Shown: piece by piece, positions 34,109 through 41,847 of the stretch
How positions within the stretch are numbered: position 1 is the stretch's first letter
How the letters are laid out: each line of letters begins with the position of its first letter
Assembly (NCBI GenBank): GCA_963717065.1
Contig: CAVQVC010000001.1
Span: 1,681,001 to 1,745,000 of the forward strand
Direction: 5' to 3'
Length of the DNA: 64,000 bases
Source: an uncultured Chloroflexia bacterium
GTDB taxonomy: Bacteria > Chloroflexota > Dehalococcoidia > SM23-28-2 > RBG-16-64-32
Program-made: the position numbers and the translations under genes
Notes under the pieces: model-generated
Database searches by the model: none
Told to the model about the DNA's origin: nothing
The model's input: the letters and a program-made list of their open reading frames with translations, nothing else

Positions 34109-36557
34109 GAAAATCCCTGTGCCTGACGAGCCGCAGGAGGAGCCGCAGGACGCCACGGAGCAGCCGGAACCTGCAGCCGAACCCGCGGAAGACCCTGTGT
34201 CCGAGACCCGCTTTCCGGACTCGCTGCCCTTAATTCTCAGCGCAGCGACTGTGATGTTCCCGCAACAACTCATGCCGGTCCTGGCAACCGAGGAGAGCGA
34301 CATCCTGGCGGTCGACCAGGCAGCGGGTTCGGAGCCGAAACTCATAGCGATATTCCCCCAGAGTTCGTCGACTGAAGGCGTACACGACGGCCCGCCACTC
34401 GAGATCGGTACCGCTGCCATCATCGTGCGCATGGCGAAGGCGCCGGACGGCTCCGTCCACGCCATCCTCCAGGGCACAGCCCGCATCCGCCTGGCCGAAC
34501 TCGTCCAGGCAGAGCCGACGATGATCGCGCGCTTGGATAGGCTGGAAGATACCGTTGAGAAGAACATTGAACTCGAATCGCTGATGCGTGATGCGTCCAA
34601 TGCCTTTCAACGAGCGGTGACACTATCCGAAGCGCTGCCCAGCGAGCTTGGCTCAGCGGTCACGAATATCACGGACGCCAGCGCCTTAGCCGACTTCATT
34701 GCCGCCAATTTGCAGATCGAGCCCGAAGACCGCTATGCGGTCCTTTCGGAACTGAACGTGAACAAGCGCCTCGCAATGGTACGCGAGCTGCTGACGCACG
34801 AGATCGAGGTCCTGGAAGTGCAGTCCGAGATCCAGTCGGACGTGCGAAGCGAGCTGGAAAAGCGCCAGCGAGAGTTCATCCTGCGCGAGCAGTTGAAAGC
34901 GATCCAGAAGGAATTGGGCGAGGGAGACATCACGCCGGAACTCTCAGAGCTGAAGGCGCGCCTGGAAGCAGCGAATATGCCCGAGCACGCTCAGAAGGAG
35001 GCCGACCGGGAACTCCAACGTTTGCTGGCGATCCCAACGATGTCTCCAGAGTACCAGGTCGCTCGCACATATCTTGAGTGGCTGGCGGACCTGCCCTGGG
35101 ATAAGACCACAGAAGACCAGCTCGACATCAAGCGCGCCGAAAAAATCCTTGACGAAGACCACTATGGCCTCGAGAAGGTGAAGAAGCGCATCCTGGACTT
35201 CCTTGCCGTGATCAAGCTGAAGGGCGGTGAAACACGAGGTCCGATCCTCTGCTTCGTAGGGCCCCCGGGCACAGGGAAGACCTCGCTGGGTCAGTCCATC
35301 GCACGGGCACTCGACCGCAAGTTCATACGCATGTCTCTCGGCGGCGTGCGCGATGAGGCCGAGATACGCGGACATCGGCGGACCTATGTTGGGGCCATGC
35401 CGGGCCGGATCATTCAGGAGATCAAGCGGGCCGGATCGAAGAACCCGCTTGTGATGCTCGACGAGATGGACAAGCTGGGCTCCGACTTTCGCGGCGACCC
35501 GGCTTCCGCGCTGCTGGAGGTGCTGGATCCGGCGCAAAACAACACCTTCACAGACCACTACCTGGACGTCGCCTTCGATCTGTCGCGGGTCTTCTTCATC
35601 GCGACAGCGAACATGCAAGACACGATTCCCGGCCCGCTGCGAGACCGGATGGAGATCATCGAGCTGCCCGGCTACACCGAACACGAGAAGCTGGAGATCG
35701 CCAAGCGCTACCTGCTGCCTCGCCAGTTAAGTGAGAACGGCATCCCGGGCGACACTGTCCGAGTAACCGACGCCGCGATCCGCGAACTCATTCGTTCGTA
35801 CACCCGCGAGGCCGGCGTGCGAAACCTCGAGCGCGAGCTGGGGAGCATCTGCCGGGGAGTGGCGCGCAAGATCGCCGAGGGGCAGACGGAGGCGGTAATC
35901 ATCGCCGAAGACAAGCTCGAGGATTACATCGGACCACCCCGGTTCCGCTGGGAGCTGGCCGCAGAGGAGGACGAGATCGGCGTAGCCACCGGGCTGGCCG
36001 CGACGGCCGCAGGCGGCGACGTTCTGTTCGTAGAAGCCTCGGTGGTGCCGGGCAAGGGACGCCTGATCCTGACGGGCAAGCTGGGCGACGTCATGCAGGA
36101 ATCGGCGCAAGCGGCGCTGACGTATGCCCGCTCTCGCGCCGCCGCTCTCGACATCCCCCTGTCTGCGTTTGATCAGAACGATATCCACATCCACGTGCCG
36201 GCCGGAGCGATTCCTAAAGACGGGCCATCGGCCGGCGTCACCATGGCCACGGCACTCGTCTCCGCTTTCACCCGTCGGCGCATTCGCAAGGACGTGGCGA
36301 TGACCGGTGAAATCACCCTGCGAGGCAAAGTCCTGCCCGTCGGGGCCGTTCGCGACAAGCTTCTAGCCGCACACCGCGCCGGGAGCACCCGAGTGATCAT
36401 CCCCGCAGAGAACGAAAGCGACCTGCAGGACATTCCCGCGGACGTGCGTCGCGACCTTGAAGTAGCGCTGGTTGAGAGCGTGGATCAGGTGCTCGCCGCA
36501 TCGTTGCACGAAGAGAAGGCGCCGGAAGCGCCGAAGCTAGAACCCGCTACGACCTAG
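34098..36557 (+). CDS. lon: ATP-dependent protease Lon (LonA type)
   Basis: LON N-domain, GPPGTGKTSLGQSIARAL, MLDEMDKL and protease PKDGPSAGVTMATALVS. The start is uncertain (TTG 34098 overlapping hsp20, or GTG 34119). Acidic/Pro-rich N-extension. Confidence 0.95.
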   Translation: MPAKKIPVPDEPQEEPQDATEQPEPAAEPAEDPVSETRFPDSLPLILSAATVMFPQQLMPVLATEESDILAVDQAAGSEPKLIAIFPQSSSTEGVHDGPPLEIGTAAIIVRMAKAPDGSVHAILQGTARIRLAELVQAEPTMIARLDRLEDTVEKNIELESLMRDASNAFQRAVTLSEALPSELGSAVTNITDASALADFIAANLQIEPEDRYAVLSELNVNKRLAMVRELLTHEIEVLEVQSEIQSDVRSELEKRQREFILREQLKAIQKELGEGDITPELSELKARLEAANMPEHAQKEADRELQRLLAIPTMSPEYQVARTYLEWLADLPWDKTTEDQLDIKRAEKILDEDHYGLEKVKKRILDFLAVIKLKGGETRGPILCFVGPPGTGKTSLGQSIARALDRKFIRMSLGGVRDEAEIRGHRRTYVGAMPGRIIQEIKRAGSKNPLVMLDEMDKLGSDFRGDPASALLEVLDPAQNNTFTDHYLDVAFDLSRVFFIATANMQDTIPGPLRDRMEIIELPGYTEHEKLEIAKRYLLPRQLSENGIPGDTVRVTDAAIRELIRSYTREAGVRNLERELGSICRGVARKIAEGQTEAVIIAEDKLEDYIGPPRFRWELAAEEDEIGVATGLAATAAGGDVLFVEASVVPGKGRLILTGKLGDVMQESAQAALTYARSRAAALDIPLSAFDQNDIHIHVPAGAIPKDGPSAGVTMATALVSAFTRRRIRKDVAMTGEITLRGKVLPVGAVRDKLLAAHRAGSTRVIIPAENESDLQDIPADVRRDLEVALVESVDQVLAASLHEEKAPEAPKLEPATT

Positions 36558-37618
36558 TACCCTCTCTCCGGGTCAACAACGTTATGAAGCGGCTCACCCG
36601 CCAGGTAGCGCCGCAGGTTGTCGCAGAAAAGGTTGACGGCGCGCTCCATGTAGCGTGGGGTACCGCCGCTTATGTGTGGCGTTATCAGCACGTTGTCCAG
36701 CCCCCAGAGCTCGCTCTCGGACGGCAACGGCTCGCGCTCGAAAACGTCGAGCGCCGCACCCGCAATCCAGTGTTCCTTGAGCGCGCGAATCAGAACCGGT
36801 TCGTCGATCACCGAGCCGCGTGCGATATTGACGAGCACCCCCGACGGCTTCATTGTTCGCAACTCTCTCTCCCCAATCATTCGTGTGGACTCCGGCGTCA
36901 GGGGTACTGCGAGTACGACGTAGTCACTCTCAGCGAGAATGTACTGCAGGTCGGACGGCGGGATCATCTCGTCCGCGGGCCCTTCGCCCGGCGACCGCTT
37001 TTCGACAGAGCGGCGCATCGCCAGCACCCGCATTCCGAAGGCGTGTGCCAGCTCAGCTACGCGCGAACCAATCGCGCCCATGCCAATTATGCCGATGGTC
37101 TTGCCCTCCAGCTCGAGCGGTGGATAGGCGCTCCATTTCGCTTCGATCTGAGATCGAACGGCCCGCGGGAACCCCTTGGCGAACGCCAGGACGGCACCAA
37201 TGACATACTCGCTGATGGTTACCGCGTGGATACCGCTGGCAGTCGTCACGGTAACCCCCGAGCGCAGGGCGGGCGAATCCAGGAGTCTATCCACGCCCGC
37301 GCTGGTCAATTGGAGCCAGCGCAGGTTCGGTGCCAGTTCGGCGATACTCTGCGGAATTATGGGATTGGTGAACACCACCTCGGTAGCGGCAAGGATGGCA
37401 GCCAGCCGCTCTTTCGCCTCGTCTTCAGACTCTTCATCAGGGCGGGTGCCCGCAGGCGGATCGTAGTATCCGGGCCAGAGCGGGCGGCCTTCGCGGTAGG
37501 CGTGCCGCTGGGCTCGAGTCAGGGCGACGACATTGAGACGCGGCGACACCCCCTCAATCCACTCCCGCAGCTCGTCGACCACAGGAATCGCCAGCGTCAC
37601 GTTAACCTTGTCCGCCAT
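36554..37618 (-). CDS. D-isomer-specific 2-hydroxyacid dehydrogenase family protein
   Basis: NAD site GIIGMGAIGSRVAELAHAFGMRV, then NIARGSVID and ITPHISG. The stop overlaps the lon stop region convergently. Confidence 0.85.
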   Translation of the reverse strand: MADKVNVTLAIPVVDELREWIEGVSPRLNVVALTRAQRHAYREGRPLWPGYYDPPAGTRPDEESEDEAKERLAAILAATEVVFTNPIIPQSIAELAPNLRWLQLTSAGVDRLLDSPALRSGVTVTTASGIHAVTISEYVIGAVLAFAKGFPRAVRSQIEAKWSAYPPLELEGKTIGIIGMGAIGSRVAELAHAFGMRVLAMRRSVEKRSPGEGPADEMIPPSDLQYILAESDYVVLAVPLTPESTRMIGERELRTMKPSGVLVNIARGSVIDEPVLIRALKEHWIAGAALDVFEREPLPSESELWGLDNVLITPHISGGTPRYMERAVNLFCDNLRRYLAGEPLHNVVDPERGY

Positions 37619-37829
37619 CTCGACTTGCGATTATACCGCTCGCTTGTCATGCTGGGTCCCTCGCCTTCGGCGGGCCGAATTAGAAGTGCTGTGGGACGAC
37701 GAACGACTTAACAATAACGATCGCATCTTAACCAGTCGTTAACTGACGTGAAGATTTGGTTGTCATAGCCTGAATCTGCACCACCAAGAAAGCTCTGTGA
37801 CGAGCCGAGCAAAGGGGAGGGACCCGCAA

Positions 37830-38255
37830 ATGGCCGACAGCCGTCCGGCCGATCAACCGAAGACAGACGTGACGAGCACCAGGGGAGGGTGGACTCCGTC
37901 TCGCGGCTTTTTGGTCGGACTGAGTGGCGTCGCGGTCTTTGCGGCAATTCTGGTGGTAGCCGGAGCGATTGCTGCCGTGCAAGAGCCGGAGGTGGTTAGC
38001 GTTTCCGACTCGACACCCGAGCCGGCCCGGGTGTCGATCGCGCCGCGAATGACCACTCCGGCAGGCGACCTGACGCAATACCATGGGGCCTCTGCCGGTG
38101 CCCCGATGGTAGCGGAGCTTGCATCGCGAACAGCTAAGAGGGCATCGGTGACCAGGAAACTGGCGCCGGTGTCCAGTTCGTGGTCAATGTCGCCGCTGCC
38201 GGAGGAAGGCGATCCCCAGTTCGTCACCAGCGGGACATCGCAGTCACCGCAATGA
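37830..38255 (+). CDS. hypothetical single-TM protein
   Basis: ATG 37830 preceded by AAAGGGGAGGG. One TM (FLVGLSGVAVFAAILVVAGAIAAV). No homology recognised. A competing antisense ORF exists at 37853..38227. Confidence 0.35.
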   Translation: MADSRPADQPKTDVTSTRGGWTPSRGFLVGLSGVAVFAAILVVAGAIAAVQEPEVVSVSDSTPEPARVSIAPRMTTPAGDLTQYHGASAGAPMVAELASRTAKRASVTRKLAPVSSSWSMSPLPEEGDPQFVTSGTSQSPQ

Positions 38256-38270
38256 GGCGACGCCGCCCGG

Positions 38271-39014
38271 TTAGCGGCCCTGCGACAGTCTCTCGGTGAG
38301 CCACGTCGGCAAGCCCGCTTCCATCATCAACCTCTGCGTGGCGTTTACCTCATATTCAACGCGCTTCAATTCGACCGTCTGCTCTTCGGTGTCATAGATG
38401 ACGTAAGAAGCGCGCGGGTCTCCGTCGCGGGGTTGTCCGACGCTCCCGGGGTTCACCACCACCTTGCCCTGGCCCGTTAACCGCAGGGCGGCGCCGTCCG
38501 AAAGGCGGACAATCTCGCACTGATCGGTGTTGTCCCGCTCCTGCACCGCCAGAAGAGGCACATGAGTGTGCCCGACAAACCCTAGCGGCGTCTCTTGCAG
38601 CCGCAGATGCCCGAGCGCGGTCTCATGAGACGCCAGGTACTCCCAGATCGGCCATCGTAGCGTACCGTGCACCAGCGTACAGCCGTCAACTTTAGCTACT
38701 TCTGGCAGCGAGTCCAGGACTCCTGCATCCTTCTCGCTGAGCCGTTCAGCGGTCCAGACCGCGGCAGCCGCAGCATCGGGATTGAAGTCCTCCACGCCGA
38801 TGGCGCCCGTCGCGGCACGCTCGTGGTTACCGGCTACCCAGGTGGCTCCCAGCTCGCGTAGCTCGCGGATGCACTCTGACGGCTGCGGGCCATATCCCAC
38901 GGTGTCCCCCATGCACCAGACAGCATCCATCGGACCGTCCGCCGAAGCGTGCCTTAACACGGCCTCCAGAGCCGCAAGGTTAGCGTGGATGTCCGAGACA
39001 ACGAGAACGCGCAT
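38271..39014 (-). CDS. metallophosphoesterase (YfcE/MJ0936-like)
   Basis: MRVLVVSDIHAN, GDTVGYGP, GNHE, GHTH and VVNPGSVGQPRDGD. The track ORF extends artificially to 39392. Confidence 0.8.
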   Translation of the reverse strand: MRVLVVSDIHANLAALEAVLRHASADGPMDAVWCMGDTVGYGPQPSECIRELRELGATWVAGNHERAATGAIGVEDFNPDAAAAAVWTAERLSEKDAGVLDSLPEVAKVDGCTLVHGTLRWPIWEYLASHETALGHLRLQETPLGFVGHTHVPLLAVQERDNTDQCEIVRLSDGAALRLTGQGKVVVNPGSVGQPRDGDPRASYVIYDTEEQTVELKRVEYEVNATQRLMMEAGLPTWLTERLSQGR

Positions 39015-39089
39015 GAGCACTTCCCATGGTGTCACGAGGCCGTTCTCGCTGTCACCTGAGATCATCGGGCCACACCATATAATGGCTCT

Positions 39090-40091
39090 GTGAGAGTGTC
39101 TGAGCTTGGTGAATTCGCCCTGATCGACAGGTTGGCGCAAACAGTGACTGGTAAACCGCGGCCTGACCTTGTAGTCGGCATTGGCGACGACACTGCAGTC
39201 TGGCGCTCGGGTAGCGAATTCCTCCTCGCGACCACGGACACTCTGGTCGAAGGCGTCCACTTCAGGGCCAGTCAAAAGCGATGGTCCGATGTGGGCTGGA
39301 AGAGCGTTGCCGTCAATGTGAGCGACATCGCCGCCATGGGTGGACAACCACTGTTCGCGCTCGTCACGTTGGCCCTTCCCGAAGCCACGCAAGTCGATAC
39401 GGTAGACGAGATCTACGACGGGATCAACGAGTGCGCCACAGCCTACGGGATAGCGATCGCCGGTGGCGATATCGTCCGTGCGCCATCCCTGTCAGTCACC
39501 GTGGCTTTGACCGGGCGGGCGCAGACACGGGACGGTGCGGTAATCCTGATGCGACGCGACGCGGCGAAGGTCGGCGACGTGATCGCCGTCACCGGAACAC
39601 TCGGCGATTCTGCGGCCGGGCTACGCCTGCTGGAGGAGGATCCCAGATCCGACCAGGAGTTGGTGCGTGCTCACCTCCGCCCACAACCACCATTGATGGT
39701 GGCACAAGAAGCTTGCAGGCTGGGCGTCCGCTCGGCGATTGACGTCTCGGATGGACTGTTGGCTGACACCGCGCATATTTGCAAAATGTCCGGCGTGGCC
39801 GCAGACGTGAGAGCGGCCGACATTCCGATCAGTGAGTCACTCGGCTCCACCTACCCGAGCGAAGCCCTGGACTTCGCCTGTGGCGGTGGTGAAGACTATC
39901 AGATTGTGCTGGTCGCGTCTTCTGGAGTGATTGCAGCTCTCACCGAACTCAGACCGAACGAGGTCACCGTCATCGGCCGAATTACGGATGGGCCGCCGGC
40001 CCAGGTCCGGCTTCTCGACGTTGCCGGCGCTGAATTGGAAGCACCCACCGGGTGGGATCACCTTCGACCCCAGACGCGGCGCAAACGATGA
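39090..40091 (+). CDS. thiL: thiamine-monophosphate kinase
   Basis: LGEFALIDRL...GIGDDTAV...TDTLVEGVHF...GWKSVAVNVSDIAAMGG...GGDIV. GTG start. Confidence 0.9.
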   Translation: MRVSELGEFALIDRLAQTVTGKPRPDLVVGIGDDTAVWRSGSEFLLATTDTLVEGVHFRASQKRWSDVGWKSVAVNVSDIAAMGGQPLFALVTLALPEATQVDTVDEIYDGINECATAYGIAIAGGDIVRAPSLSVTVALTGRAQTRDGAVILMRRDAAKVGDVIAVTGTLGDSAAGLRLLEEDPRSDQELVRAHLRPQPPLMVAQEACRLGVRSAIDVSDGLLADTAHICKMSGVAADVRAADIPISESLGSTYPSEALDFACGGGEDYQIVLVASSGVIAALTELRPNEVTVIGRITDGPPAQVRLLDVAGAELEAPTGWDHLRPQTRRKR

Positions 40092-40561
40092 CGGGTGAGC
40101 AAGCCTGTTTGTCTTCCGGACCTGACCAGACCCGCGCGCTTGGGGAACGTCTAGGTGCACTGCTGCGACGCGGAGATGTTCTTCTGCTCTCCGGTGAATT
40201 GGGAGCGGGGAAAACGACGTTCGTGCAGGGCATCGCGCAGGGGCTGGAATTTCGGGGGTCCGTCTCATCAAAGTCGTTTGTGCTGCTGGGCGAGTACGCA
40301 GCGCGCACCACGTTGTACCATGCCGACCTTTACCGCCTGGAAGACGCGGAACAGGTCTGGGAACTGGGTCTGGAGGAGATCGCGATCGACGGCGTCCTCG
40401 TCGTGGAATGGCCGGAACGCGCACCCGAGGTCTTACCTTTAGAGCACCTGCTGGTGGTGTTCGAAGTGACCGGCGAGACGACGCGAAAAATATCGTTCGA
40501 GCCGTACGGAGATCGGGCAGCGGAGATTGCCGGCGCGTTGGAAGCCGCCGCAGCCACCTGA
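40088..40561 (+). CDS. tsaE: tRNA t6A37 biosynthesis ATPase TsaE
   Basis: GDVLLLSGELGAGKTTFVQGIAQGL...LYHADLYRL...VVEWPE. ATG 40088 overlaps the thiL stop (ATGA). Confidence 0.85.
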   Translation: MTGEQACLSSGPDQTRALGERLGALLRRGDVLLLSGELGAGKTTFVQGIAQGLEFRGSVSSKSFVLLGEYAARTTLYHADLYRLEDAEQVWELGLEEIAIDGVLVVEWPERAPEVLPLEHLLVVFEVTGETTRKISFEPYGDRAAEIAGALEAAAAT

Positions 40562-41238
40562 TGGAACTCGCAATTGACACGGCCTCCGAGATGGCTTCGG
40601 TGTCTCTATCCGCCGAGGGCTCGTTGGTCGCGGAAATTACCTGGCGTTGCCAGCGAAACCACACAGTCGAGCTCTTGCCTACGATTGAGCGCCTGCTAGC
40701 GATGGTGGGGATGGCCAGGAGCGAAATATCGGCGGTGTTCGCTTGCACCGGACCAGGGATGTACACGGGTCTCCGCGTCGGCGTGAGCGCTGCCAAGGGC
40801 CTGTCTCGCAGCCTTGGCGTACCGCTCCTGGGCATAGGGCGGCTGGAGTTAGATGCATACGCACACGCCGCCTTTCCGGGCGCCATTCTCGCCATTCACA
40901 AGGCAGGCCGCGGGGACCTGGCCTGGGCCACATACGCGGGGTCGCCCTGGCGGGAGTTGACACCACCTCGCCTTTCCCGGAGTGACGACCTCGCGGCCGC
41001 CATCGATCGGCCGACCCTGCTGACGGGGGAGCTGGACGAAGCGCTGACGGAGTCGATAAGGCGAGGCACTCGACACGACGTAGCGGCGCCACCCCGAGCG
41101 GCGCAAGTGCGACGCGCAGCTGCGCTCTCAGAGCTCGGGTGGCAGCGACTGGCTTCCGGCGACCCGGCGGATCCCGCGTCGCTCGTACCGATCTATCTGC
41201 GACCACCCGCGATCGGACCGCAGCAGCCATCCCGCTAG
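40561..41238 (+). CDS. tsaB: tRNA t6A37 biosynthesis protein TsaB
   Basis: MELAIDTASEMASVSL...VFACTGPGMYTGLRVGVSAAKGL...PLLGI. The start overlaps the tsaE stop by 1 nt. Confidence 0.85.
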   Translation: MELAIDTASEMASVSLSAEGSLVAEITWRCQRNHTVELLPTIERLLAMVGMARSEISAVFACTGPGMYTGLRVGVSAAKGLSRSLGVPLLGIGRLELDAYAHAAFPGAILAIHKAGRGDLAWATYAGSPWRELTPPRLSRSDDLAAAIDRPTLLTGELDEALTESIRRGTRHDVAAPPRAAQVRRAAALSELGWQRLASGDPADPASLVPIYLRPPAIGPQQPSR

Positions 41239-41276
41239 CCGGAAGCTCGCCTGCTCGCCTAAACTTCACATTTGCC

Positions 41277-41783
41277 ATGGAACGCACCCTCGTCTTGGTC
41301 AAACCAGACGCCATGCAGCGCCGTCTGGCAGGCGAGATCGTTGCCCGCCTGGAAAGACGTGGGCTGCGGATCGTCGGGTTGCGCCTGTTCCAGATGGAGG
41401 ATGCCGTCGCCCGGCAGCATTACGCGGAGCACGAAGGAAAGGGTTTTTACGATTCGCTAATTTCCTACATCACCTCCGGGCCCATCATCGCCGCAGTGTT
41501 CGAAGGCACAGGCGCCGTGGACACCGTGCGAAAGACGGTCGGGGCCACCAATCCCGCCAACGCGGAGGCGGGCACCATCCGTGGCGACTACGGCCTCGAA
41601 ACAGGGCGCAATCTGATCCACGCCTCAGACTCGCTGGAATCGGCGGCCCGAGAAATCGCTCTCTTCTTCCGGACGAGGAGCTGCATACCTACGAGCGCGA
41701 CGTCGACCGCTGGATCTTTGAGGCGCCCTGAGGCAGGGCTCTCCGCGGTGACCGACACGACTCGCTTTCGACATCCCGCTTGA
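41277..41783 (+). CDS. ndk: nucleoside-diphosphate kinase, with an apparent 1-nt deletion near the 3' end
   Basis: MERTLVLVKPDAMQRRLAGEIV...TNPANAEAGTIRGDYG...NLIHASDS. After ...REIALFF (~41670) the conserved-looking end PDEELHTYERDVDRWIFEAP* (stop 41729-41731) is in the +1 frame. The as-encoded ORF runs to 41783. Confidence 0.85.
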   Translation: MERTLVLVKPDAMQRRLAGEIVARLERRGLRIVGLRLFQMEDAVARQHYAEHEGKGFYDSLISYITSGPIIAAVFEGTGAVDTVRKTVGATNPANAEAGTIRGDYGLETGRNLIHASDSLESAAREIALFFRTRSCIPTSATSTAGSLRRPEAGLSAVTDTTRFRHPA

Positions 41784-41847
41784 GGACCTGCGCCGCCGCC
41801 AGGACCCCGCGGAATTTCAGTTCGATTGCACGGAAGATCTCACACCG

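Noticed and set aside
39837-40895. 352-aa minus-strand ORF across thiL-tsaE-tsaB
   Set aside because: It is antisense to three well-supported, translationally coupled genes and is Arg/Pro-rich.
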